DNA from: Limisphaerales bacterium
GTDB taxonomy: Bacteria > Verrucomicrobiota > Verrucomicrobiia > Limisphaerales > SIBE01
Reading direction: 5' to 3'
NCBI GenBank assembly: GCA_044225505.1
Contig: JBGAIN010000027.1
Coordinates: forward strand, 687-64,686
DNA length: 64,000 bases
Under the pieces are notes generated by a model. That model did no database searches and was not told where the DNA came from. It saw only the letters and a list, made by a program, of their open reading frames with translations. The translations under genes and the position numbers were made by a program. Shown in pieces: positions 16,024 to 28,000 of the stretch; positions within the stretch are counted from its first letter, which is position 1, and each line of letters opens with the position of its first letter.

Positions 16024-19000
16024 GGTCTTGGATTGGCGACGGTGGGCAAAACTGTCAAATAGTGCTCGCGCTGGCGGGCCAAGTCCAACGCGCCCACCAA
16101 ACCGTCGCGGTCGACATCCAAAGCCGCTTCGTAACCAGGTTCTAGCGATGTCCGGAGGTATGCTTTCTGGAAATAAAAGGTATCGAGGAAATCAACGTCG
16201 CGGTCGCCGTCTAAATCGCCGAAATATCTGAAGAACTCAAATTGCAGAGCGGAGTCCGCCGTCTCCAGACGGTTACCGGCGGCATCCGTGATCGTGTCGG
16301 TGGCCAGGATGGCCACGTAGTTGCCGTCGGCGAGCGAACCGCCCTCCAACGACGGGAAGGTGACAATGAAGATCGGCCCAGGGCCATCGGTAACCCGAAT
16401 GGACTCGGGCCTCAGGATGGCGTTGGTATCCAGATTCCGCAGCACAAAGTCTTTTCCAGACCAGCTTCCCATGACGTTTTCGGTGAATTGGAAGGTCAGA
16501 GAATCGACCATGGACCGTTGGGTGTGGCCTTGGTTGACCTGGATGGCGATTAACTTTGGCCGCACTTGATCCAAGGTGATTCCTCGCTCAACCGTCGTAG
16601 TCCCTGTGGCATTGGTGGTTTGGATCTGAATTCTGTTCAGGCCTTCCTTGAGAGTCACGTTAGAGAACATGAATTGCCCGCCGCTAGTCGTCGTGGCAAC
16701 GCCATCGTCGAACCCGTCCCCGTCCAGATCAAGGAGGACCTGTTGGTTGGGATCGCTCGTTCCCGTGAGGATGACCGGGTTTATGTTAGTGATGGAGTCA
16801 CCGACCACACCCGAGTCGCTCGCGCTGTTCAGATTGAATTCGAGCCCTGGGCCAGCGAGCACCTGAACATTCTCAATGTTCACCAAACTGGCGGCGGCGC
16901 CGAAGCCGATAAGGTCAAAGTAGAGGGCAGCCACGGTCCCCGGTGTGACACCTTTGAGATCGATTGTAACCAGCAGCGAGTGCGTTCCCGCAGGAGTGTT
17001 CCCGGAAGTCGCCACCTCGGAGGTTGTGACCATCTTGCCGAAGAATACCTTTCCAGAGGACTGTATGTTGAGCAGCGCATCTGTCCCTGTCAGTCCGTCA
17101 ATGACTCCGGCGAGCGGACGTCCGGTAGCGGCGTCGAGAAGGGCCACCTCCAACGCGTCTGGAGGAGCCCCTTCACTGCTGGTGAGGTTCAAGAGCGTCA
17201 AGGTGAACCGCAAAGTGCCGCCCTTGTCGGGAATGGTGAAGGTCTGAGCCAGTCGTGCGAGCCAGCGATCGGCTTCACGAAGCACTCCACCGTTCAGTTG
17301 CGGGAACGTGGTGACGGCGGATCCGATCCCAACGTCTCCGGTCCGCGCATCGCTGCGCTCGGAAAACCCGCTTGCGGCACGTGACGGGTCTCTGCCAATG
17401 ACCGGGGCCGTGACGCTGAACGGGCTGATATCTGATTGGGTTAAACCGGCGCGCGCGGTGCGGATGGTGGCACGAGCGGCTGAAGTGACTCGTCTAGGAT
17501 CTGAGCCCACGACTGGGGCTGGCACTTCCAAGACGATCCGTGTCGCGATCCCACTGCCCGAGGTCACAACTGGGGGCGATCCATTGCGTTTTGGATCTGA
17601 GCCAACGGCTGGGGCGTTGACAGCCGTGAGCAATCTCGGGCTGGTCGCGACGAGAGTTTTACCCACGGCTGAGAGGGATACCAGGCTCACCAGTTCCTCA
17701 AACGACGCGTTGGTCAGCATGCTGGACGAATCTGGCCCTGAGACAGTTGGTCTCTCCTCTGAGAGAGTGGTCGATAAGAGACTCACGCCTTCCGTGACAG
17801 CCCCAACCGCAAAGACAACCGTGTTGTTGTTCTCAAGGACCTCCGGCACTTCCTCCAAGCTGTCGAGCTTGACGACGTAGTAGTCTTGCTTGCTCGCGCG
17901 ATCCGTAATTATGCCAGCTGGGATTTCGAAGGTGATCGTGTGAGGTCCAGGCAGGAGATCGACGGCGTCGGAGATGCGTTTGGTGAACACCCTGGCTGTC
18001 AGAGTTGCGGCCAAGGACGATGTCGGTGAAGCGTAGAGTGCTAGTGTAAAGCTAGGGGCAGCACTGCCCACAACGACGTATCGGAGCTCGACTTTATCGC
18101 TCGCACTGGTGCTGGCAGGCGTCCAAGTGACGCTTCGAGCCACCAGGTCCATCACCGCCGTGCCGACGCCTTTACCACCGGTGGCCATGCCGGATGGCAT
18201 CCGACCCGAAGCGATTCGCCGGATCAGAATGCCGCTAAAGTAGGCCCGGTCTCTCAAGTAACTCTGGTAGATCCGGAGTTTCCAGGCATCCGTTCCCTCG
18301 GTGATTGTCTCATTGGGATGTTGCTTGTTGTAGTCCAGGATAGCGTCTTTGTACGCCTGCAGCGTCTCTGGATGATTCACCAATAACCAATCGGAGACGT
18401 TCTCATATGGGATCAACCAATAGTTCTTGCTTGATCCAGGCTGCACCTGCGACCAATCCACCTTGCCCACGCCTTGATCTTCCATGATGAGTTGCTCGAG
18501 AGGTTTGCGGTAAACGAGCATCGCGACTGTCTGATAGGCCTTATAGTCGTAACGCTTGAATTCTTCCTCGTCCTTTTCCCGAATCGACTTTGGATCTTCT
18601 CCGTCTTTTTCGACTGCTGCGCGAATCTTCGCGATGTCATAAACGAAGACTTCATTGGTGCCTTTGAAAGTCGCGAACAGATATTTTCCGGAGCTGTCAA
18701 TGATCAGCTTGTCAGGCCAGGCATAGGGAATCTCGAGGGTGGCGGCGATAAACCCTGAGGTGTCGGACGAGAGAGGATTGACAATGATGCCGATATTGCC
18801 GCCGCGGCCCCGGTTGGGATCGCGTTGCACGTCGGCTACCGAGATCGTTGTTTCCGGACTGCCCAGGTAAGGAGCCGGCTCGCTGGTCGCCTGAAATGTA
18901 TTATTGAAGAGCACGAAGGCCATTTCGTAATCGGACGTGAACACCACGGACTCGGCGGACTCGATATCGAACAGGTAGTCGTTGACCAATTGGAGGCGCG

Positions 19001-22000
19001 CCGCCCATTCCTCCGTGTCATGTGTGCCAAAAGTCTCGGGAGTATTCGGTTCAAACCCGCGGAGATTGGTGGCCTGGGTCAAGGTTGAATTGATGGCATT
19101 CGTTCGGGTATTGATCACTGTGAAGCCAGTCCTTTCAGAACCGCGAACGGCGACGACAACGTAGGGTTTCTCCACATCTTTGCTGGCCGTGACTTCGAAC
19201 GGTTTGGAACCGACCGGGATGACAGCCACCTGGGCCTGGTCCTCGAGATCATAGACAAAGACGTAACCGGGCTGGCGATCCCGGTCATCTCCGGCCCAAG
19301 AGTCCTTGCCCGGGCTGGCAATGTAGAGGTAGCGGCCGTCCGCGGTGATATCCAGTCCAGTCAGCCCAGTCAGTCCGGAGACTTTGCCGGCGACCACGTC
19401 GATGGCCTGAGCGCTGTAGGTCGTTTTGGAACTGGGCGGCCGCAAATCGAATTGGAATACTCTACCAGAAGCCCGATCAGTGGCGTAGCCAACCTGGCGG
19501 TCTGCGTCGACGATAACGTAGTAAGGCTGGCCTCCCGTGACGATGCGATCCATGGCGGTCGTCGACGGGACAAGGTCCACCTCCATCAGCGCGAGAACGC
19601 TGATAATCGAGATCGTGCCTTCGCCAGTGTTAGTCACATAAGCGAACAAGCCGTCCGGTGAAACCGCGACATGAGAGGGGTTACGGCCGACGGGAATTCT
19701 CGCCACCAAGCCGTCCGGAGAGGCGGTCCCATCGGTGTTGGCCGAAGTGATCGCGCCCGGAGCGATGACACTGACCGTGTCCTCGCCCGAGTTGACGACA
19801 AAGACATACGCCGGAGCTGGCGGGACGAAATTCACGGACTGACTGTAAAACGTGCGCGGCTCGGTCGTGTCGTTGCCGCCCGGGGAAGAAGCGCGGGTAT
19901 TGGCGTTCTTCCCCATACGAACCGTGCTATCTGTTCCGAAGCCATACAGGTCGTTCGCGGTCAGGGGCACGATGGCACTGCCATTGGCGCCATCGAGCGC
20001 GACAACTTTGATAATCCTGGAGAGGACGACCGGGGCAGCGCCGCCGGTCAGAGCATCGGGCACTAGCGCGGAGCCGTCAGACCCAAGGCGCAGCGAACTC
20101 TTGGCCCTGCCGGTCGCGAGATCCACTTCGTGAATGATGCCGCTCGCGTCGAGCACGAGGACGTTGGAGCCGTTGCATGCTGCCGCCATGGGCACAGCGA
20201 TGTTGGTGACCACTGTCCGGGTGTCTCCCGTGATCGGGTCGATGCCGATCAACAGACTGCCAGCCAGAGCCCACAGTTCGTGCTGGCGCAAGTCAAACGC
20301 GAGGCCCGGCGCAAATTCATAGCCGACGAAGCGAAGCTCCTTGCGCACGTAGGTGCCGGTCAGATCGAGTTCCGTGATGCGGCGACGATCGAAATCCAAC
20401 AAGTAAAGCGAGGTTTCGCTGGCCGCCAGCCCGTCGACATCACCCAGGCCGCCCGGGACGCTGAAGCTCGAGAGCACCTGCCCATCCGTCGGATGGAGCT
20501 GGAAGATCCGGCGCTTGCTATCAGCCGCATCAAAGTAGTAAAGGTGCTGCTCGTTGTAAGCCAAGAAGACCCTGGAGCGGCTGGTGATCGGGATTGGCGG
20601 GGAAAGCAGCTTCGAGCTGCCCTCATTGACCAGGACGAGGACCCCACGGCTCGAATCCACCGCATAGAGCACTTGACCAGTGACATCCTTCGAGGCAGGT
20701 CGGAGGATCTCGAGGAAATTGTCGCTGGCCGCCGGGGCAAAATCGGTTCCGGTAAGGCGCAGGACCGATCCGTACGGAGCCAGGATTTCGAGGGAAATGG
20801 ATTTCACCTCAGGATCCAAATCATGTTTCACAGCCGCCGGCAGCTCTACGGTGTATTCTTTGTGCTCACCTGGGGCGATCTGAATATTAAAGCGGGTGCT
20901 TTCCATCGCGGTGGGTGTCGCGCGCATGACCGTAATCACCGCACTGCTGTATGGAATCGGCACATTCGCGTCCGCCAGGAGCCCAACGGCCGTGGAGAAG
21001 CCAAACCCAGTTTCTGGATCAACCCGCAAGCGACCATCGGGCGCAGCCGATGCCGCACGCTCACCCAGACAATTCATGGTGACATACGAGCCCACCACGG
21101 AAGTGCCCAGAGCGCACGCATCATTGGTTCGCAGGTCCCAGAGGGGCGGAGACTGGGTGGTTGCGGTCCGGCCATCCGCCTGCACGACCAGTTTGTCGAC
21201 CAGATCCCATCCCGCCTCGAGCACGCCCTGAGCATTATAGAATTGGCCAGCGCGGAACAACCAGAGGACATCCCCTGGCTTGGCTCCGGCCGGTGCCGGA
21301 ACGGTCAGTGCCAAGCCGGTCGAGGCCTGCGGCGTGCCGATGTCGACTTTGAACCCGCCGGAGAAGGCAAAGCCCGTTGGCATTTGCATCGGCAAGCTGG
21401 CCTGAGCCAGCGTGGTGACCTGGACCGTGACATCGCTGCCGAGCGCGCCGGGTGGGACGCTCACGATGAAACCGTCGCTGTTGGCGACAACCCCGCCGTT
21501 GGAGCTGACGATGGTGGGACCGACGTTAGCCTGGCTGATTTGCATGGGAACCACCGCGCTTCGTCCACCGTAGACTACCGTAACCCAGAACCGGCCTGGA
21601 GCTGTGGCTGTCAGCAAGCCATTGGAAGTGATGGCGCCGAGGCTTGCACTGGATAGGTAATACTCAGCGCCTGAGGCGGCGCTCGATCGGTCCACCACTC
21701 CCCCGTCAGACAATCGTTCGCGGACAACGAACTGGCGAGTAGCGCCCACGACCATCGTATAGGCAAGCGGGTAGAACTGCAAAGTGGGATCGGCTCCGCC
21801 AGAACCGACCGAGATCGGAGTTGCCGCTGTGAGATTCCCAAACCTGACCACGATCGTGGCCGTTCCCTGGGATACCCCAAACACGAGCCCGTCGCTCCCA
21901 ACCACGGCAACTTTCGGATTATTGGAACTGAACTGAACGGCATTTTGCGGTATCGCCACAAGCGAACCATCGGGCTGTTCTCCGGCCAACTGCAGCGCAA

Positions 22001-25000
22001 AGGAGCCGCCGACTTCGATCTGGGCGTCGCGCTCCAGGATGCGCAGATTCACGAACTGGGCGGCACCAATGTTGACCGTGACTGTGGTATCGTCTGAGAA
22101 GAAGAGCCCATCGTCCGCTCGAAACGTCAGTTTGGCTGTCCCGACAAAGCCGGCATCGGGCTTGAACAGAAGGGTGTGTCCATCTCCGCCCAAAGCGATT
22201 GTGCCGTGCTCGAACGCGGACATACCATAAGCCAGCAGGTTCCCATCCAGATCTGAGCTGAGGCTGTTGAGATCGATGGTAACGACGATGTCCTCATAAC
22301 CTGGGACCGTCGCACCGACAGTCGCTGGCGCCCGGTCCGCAACGAAGCCCGTGCTGTTCTGAAGCAGTTGTCGATCTTCGACCGTCACGCGGCCATCTCG
22401 ATTGGCGTCCGCTCCTCGGTTATATCCAGCCTGTCCCTGTTGAGTGCCAAGGGATATAGCCAACGACGCTGCATCTGCCCCGGTAATAGAACGGTCCCCA
22501 TCCGCGTCGCCGGCGAGGTAGACTTCAAGGGTGTAATTCCCAGCCGCTTGAGCGTTCGCTCCAGTGACCTCAATCACGTAGGCCGCTTGAGAAGAGCTTG
22601 CAGTAAGTGGGAATAGCGCAATACCGTGACTTGCATCTGAGGTTGAGGCAGCCGGGGTCTGCCCGTCGAGAGTGACAGGCGCGGGAATGAATCCAGATAA
22701 GCCGACGATCTCGATTCCGAGCGTGACGAAGTCGGTGTTTGACGTGGCACATTCCGAGTCGCTGAGGAGGAACGCGAATCGGTCGGTTTGTCCGGCAGCA
22801 AGCGAATCATTCTTGAGCACGCCCAGGAACTGCCGTGAACTCCCGAGGAACACCTGAATCGGTTCGGAACCGAGATAGCGCCCCTGCACGTCGTAGCGGA
22901 TGAGCACGCTTGGTTCCGTGGCGGCGGTGGAGACTATGCTGGTCAGACGTGCGGAGTCGCTCTGACTATAGCCATAGAATTGACGCTGACTCGCAGCAAA
23001 ATCCGTGACGGAGGCAAGGGCGCCTGCGCTCGAGTAAGTGTAAAGAACCTGACTGCCGTCCGGAGCGGTGATGCGGCTAATACGTCCTTGAGCATCCCGT
23101 CGGAATTCGATGCGTTCACCAGTGGTGGCGATCACTCCATTTTCACTCCAAAGCAACTGTTGTCCTGAGGCGCTGACCATCCGTTGTAACCCGCCGTCGA
23201 GCAGATAATCGTAGCGGGTGCCGTCGTCCGCAGTCAGGGTCAAGTCGTAACCACCGAAGTCACTGTTTGCCATGTTGTAGGGCAGCCCACTCCCGGCCTG
23301 ATAAAAGGCACCCTGGCTCTCGACCAGCAGGGCCTCAGCGGTCGTCATCGTGTAACCGACTCCAGCGTCAGCTTGCCAGCCGGGGCGGTAAACCGTGGTG
23401 TTACCGAGTTGGGTCGCCACGGGGGCAAAGGTGAAGCCGACTCTTCGGCCGTCCGGGAGATTCACGTAGGCGCGCGTGCCCTGGAGGAAGGGGCTAAACA
23501 CGCCCCAAGCTTCGCTGCCGGTGGCACGGAGATCGGTGGCGAACTGGATATCGACAGCGCCAAGGCTCCAACCCGGCCCGAAGCTACCGGATTCACCTTC
23601 GTTCAGACTGGAGTAAAGGCGGCGGATCTGCACTTGCACTCCTCCCAAATTGGCCACGAGATCCGTGACCGCCGTTTGATACGCCGCAGGTTTGGTCGCG
23701 GAGTCGATTTCAATCACCCGAGTCAGCCGGGTAGAGCGACCGCTCATGTCGGTGGCGCTCAGCACCAACTCGTAAGCGCCGTTCGGGAGCAGACCAGGAT
23801 CCAGGTCGGCTTGAACCTCGAGCAATGCTGGATCCACCAGGCTCGTTCTGGTTGTCAGGGTCGCGGGAACCCCGCCACCCAAAGGCGCCAACCGGAGCGT
23901 CCATTCATCCAGATTGCTCTCAGCGATCCGGCCTCGGATGGTGACCGCAGCCGAGATGACGGCATGGTCCGCGAGCGAGTCGAAGGCGAGCACTGGGGCA
24001 CTCGGATCGGCACTGTCGCGCACCTTAATCGCGGTGGTCGCCCGGCCGGTATATCCATCCAGGTCGGTGGCGGTGGCGATAACTTGATACTGCCCCGGCT
24101 GAGAGGGTGTGAATCGGACCTGGCCAAGCGGATCCAGTTCCTGTCTCTGACCGTTAATCGAGAGTGAGACGGAGACAATGTCCGCGATGCCGGAAGCGGC
24201 AACCTGCACCCAGAACGTCTGGCCGATGGACGCGGGGAAGCTTGGAGTCGACTCGATCCGAACTTCGGGCAGAATCGGCTGATTTGAGACCACAAGGCGG
24301 AAGGTGCGGTAGGCGGTCCATTGGCCATCCGAGACGGTCACGCGCAGATCGTAGTTACCCAACTGCACGCCGGAGGGAGCCCAGGTCAGCAAACCACTGC
24401 TGCTATCAAACTTGGCGCCGTTCGGCAATCCGGTGATCGAGTAGCTGAGCGTTGTGCCAGCATCGGGATCCGAGCCTGTGGCCTTGAGGGTAAACGTCTG
24501 ACCAGACAATAGGAGATGGTCACTGATATAGGCGATTTCAGGAGCAAGATTGACGTTGAGCACTTCGATCTTGGTCTGATACGACGCGGCAGCGCCGGAG
24601 GGATCCTTCACGCCAAAAGTCAGGCTATGCGTGCCGGCCTGGTCATTTCCAGGAGTCCACGCGAAGTGGTTGCTTTCTGGATCAAAGGAGGCGCCAACGG
24701 GAAGGTCGCCGACCACATAAACTGCGATGGCATCGCCGTCCGGGTCACTCGCTGAGATCGTGAATGACAGGGCAGTCCCTTCCAGAGTCAACAACCCAGG
24801 CAGCGGAACGATTCGCGGCGCCTGGTTCACATTTTGCACGGTGATGGCGATCGTCTCTCTCTTGCTGCGGTTGCCATCCGAAACTTCGAAAGTGACGGGG
24901 TAAACTCCAGCCTGGCTAAGACTCGGTTGCCAAGCAAAGGAGCCGGTCGTCGAGTTGAGAGCTGCGCCGTTCGGCAGGGCAACGGCTCGGTAAGTGAGGA

Positions 25001-28000
25001 AATCTGCATCGGCGTCGGAACCCAGCACCGTGAAGGAGAGGAGTTCACCTTCTTTGACCACTCGATTGCCCAGCGGGGCCAGAGTTGGAGCGGTGTTGGC
25101 GGCCCGCACAGTCAGTTGGACCGTGGCAGAGCTCGACTTCACCTGGGTCGGCGTGCCATGCCCGTCATCTTTGACTGTGAAGGTTAACTGGCGCGATCCG
25201 ATGTCCGCAGCGGCCGGTGTCCAGCGAAACTCGGCGATCCCATAAACGCCGGTCGGCGCAAAGGTTGCCCCGGCCGGAAGACCCGTCGCACTGAAACTCA
25301 ACGGATCGAAATCCAGGTCGGACGCACTGACTTGGAAGACCAGTTCCTGGCCGATCACCGCCAGTCTGCCGCCAGTGAAGTCCAACTGAGGCGGTGCGTT
25401 CGGCAACACGACGGCCAGCACAAATGTGCCCTCCCCGGCGAGCGCGGCGGCCGGGTTGCCGTTGCCGTTGTCAGTCGCAGAAATCGTCACTGTGTAGTTG
25501 CCCCGCTCCAGCGGGCCTGGGGTTGCTCGGATCGTGGCGGTTCCGTTGCCGTTATCCCTGAAAGTCGCGAAGGCAGGCAGTCCGGAAGCGGCCAGGGTTG
25601 GGACGGTCCCGTTGGGGTCGGTGGCCGCCACCGTGAACTCGAGCACTTCGCCAGCGTTGACCCTCTGATTGGTAATCGCGGCGACCGCGGGCGGTCCGTT
25701 GTCGTCTCTCACCTCGATGAGAACCGTGGTTATGGCGCTCGTGGAAGTGCCTGTGCCATCGCCGTCGTCCTGGGCGGTGAACTTGATTTCGTAGACCCCC
25801 GCCTGGGTGTACGCGGGCGTCCAGGTTAGGAGCTGGGTTTCGCCGTCGAACACCGCCCCGTTGGGCAAGGCGCTGTAGGTCCAAGTAAGATCCGGCATCA
25901 CCAACCCAGCTTCGAGCAGATCGTCGATCGGGAGGTGCTCAATTCCGGTTGGGTGGTCCAGATCTTCGGCCGCAATCCGAATTGAGAGTGTCTGTCCCTC
26001 ATAGACCGCAAACCGTCCGGGTTCGGCGAACCGGACCGGTCCATTGACATTTAAGACATTGATCTTGAGCGATTGCCCGGTCTCAAACTGGCCATCCGAC
26101 ACGCTGAACTTCACCAGATACTCCCCGTGCTGATCGTAGCCGGGAGCCCAGGTGAACACACCGGTATCCGGCGTTAGGACAGCCCCGGGTGGCAAGTTGG
26201 GAGAAGAGTAACGGACTGTAGTGCCGTCGGGATCGATAGCGCCAAGCGTGAGAGTGAGAGTATCGGCTTCGCGGATCGTTTGATCGACCAGAAGAGGAAC
26301 AGTCGGCGGCTGGTTCACGTTCAGGACCAGCAGTTCGAAGGTGCGAGAGACCACGTTGATGCCATCACTGACAAACACCTCCACGTTGGAATAGCGCCCT
26401 GCGGAAGTCGCATCGGTCTGCCATCGCAAGACATGATTACGGCTGTCGAAGACAGCACCGGGAGGCAGATGGTTGGCCCCGAACACGAGATTGTTGGCCT
26501 CGGGGTCATAGCCACTCGCATAGATCTCGAGAGCCTCGCCCTCATGGATAACGCGATCCAGGATCGGTAACAGCACCGGCGGGGCATTGGCTCCGGCAAC
26601 CTGCACAGTCCATTTTTGCGGCGTGTAACCGCCACGGCTATCATAGGCTCGCAGTTCGAAGGTGACGCTGGTGCCATCATTCACTTTGGGCGTCCAGGTA
26701 AGTTGGCCGGTGGTCGAACTCACGGATGTCCCAGGCGGACCGTCGACGAGCAAGTACGACACGGAAACACCATCCGGATCGGCGGCCAGCGGAACATAGG
26801 CATAGGGTTGGTTAACGGTTGCGGCCGTCAACGGAGACGAACTGAACACCGGCCGTTGATTACCGGGCACCTGCGCGACCACCTGCGCTTCGAGATTCAG
26901 CCTGCCGTCGCCGGGGTTCTGGATGGTGATTGGGTGGGTGACCGACTGACCCGGCGAAAGCAGGGTGAGAGCCGAGCTGGAAAGTTCGATGTAGGGATGC
27001 CCCTGGGGAGTAATCCCCGCGGCCCTCAACAGCGTCGGCAGACCAGCGTCGCTGTTACCTCCTGTTACCGTCAAACCGTTGAACACAACGCGAATCGGCG
27101 CCAACACCGGCAGCGACGTGCTGTTGGTGATGGTCAGATCGAAGGAGAGAGTGTTATCCGCCCGGGTGAGGCGCGTGTTAGCAAACTGAGGCTTAAGGTC
27201 AGTGGTGACGTCCTGGAGGACAACGAACTGAGTTGCATATGGCTGGGCCAGGGCAATCCCCAAGCCACTCTTCACGGTTGCCGCGACGGCCAGTTCGTAT
27301 TCATCCGGCAGGAGTCCTTCAAACAGAAGGTAAACCGTGTGGGTTGCAGTGTCGTAATTTGCCGACGAGATCGAGATCGTCTTGCCCGTATTCAGGTCTT
27401 TGAGCGAATACTGGGTCAAGTTGGTCGCTGAGGCCGAGGTGGTGTCGTGGAGCATCTCCGTGTTGAAGGTGATGCTGGCGCGAGTGACGACTGGGGTGAC
27501 ACTGGAATCGGCGACGGGCGAGGTGGCAACGATCTTCGGTGGAAACACGGGGAAGAAAACGTCCACCTGGTTACTCTGTGTGACGAAGAGCTGACCATTG
27601 GGACCAACATGCAAGAAGTCCCCGCGCGTGCCGCCTGCAGCTAATCTGACGGTCTCCATGGAGGCGAGATCGACCAGGGTGAGAGCGCCACCGGTGGCAT
27701 GACTGATGAAAAGCAGACCTTCAAGCGGTGTCCCACTCTGCCCGAAAGCCAGGCATTCCGCCTCCGAATCCAACCTCAGCATGACTTCGGCTTTGTGGAC
27801 GCGGTTGAAACGGACGACCACTCCGTCTCTAGGCCAAGTGGTGGCCCAAAGCGAGCCGTCAGGCGCGAAGGCGAGGCCGTCCACACGAGTGTCGGAGAAC
27901 CTGGTAAATTGGTGACTGACGGGGTCGAAGATTTCGATGCCGTTCCGAGTGGAAACATAAAGGTCACCCGTCTTTGGCTCCACGGCCAGGCCGAGCTGGA

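Noticed and set aside
12840-16223. Cellulosome-like system (GH5 next to cohesin/dockerin-bearing genes).
   Set aside because: The GH5, DUF4832-like, ceramidase-like and astacin proteins show no dockerin segments. Only the giant protein carries dockerins, so a multi-enzyme cellulosome is not supported.
20130-21656. 508-aa plus-strand ORF. Similar long plus-strand ORFs lie at 16566..17384, 23373..24167, 26616..27431, 30150..30884, 31827..32672, 34851..35951, 37731..38735, 40203..41201 and 41297..41899, all inside the giant-gene region.
   Set aside because: All are antisense to the giant minus-strand ORF, whose translation shows coherent, repeated and recognisable domains. The antisense products are Arg/Gly/Asp/His-rich with no motifs. 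They are the expected shadow ORFs of a GC-rich gene lacking stop codons on the opposite strand.
22860-23582. Rhs/YD polymorphic toxin with a C-terminal effector.
   Set aside because: The YD region is only ~240 aa. There is no shell-closing or cleavage motif and no toxin or immunity pair. The flanking sequence is Ig/PPC/dockerin, so a toxin interpretation is unsupported.
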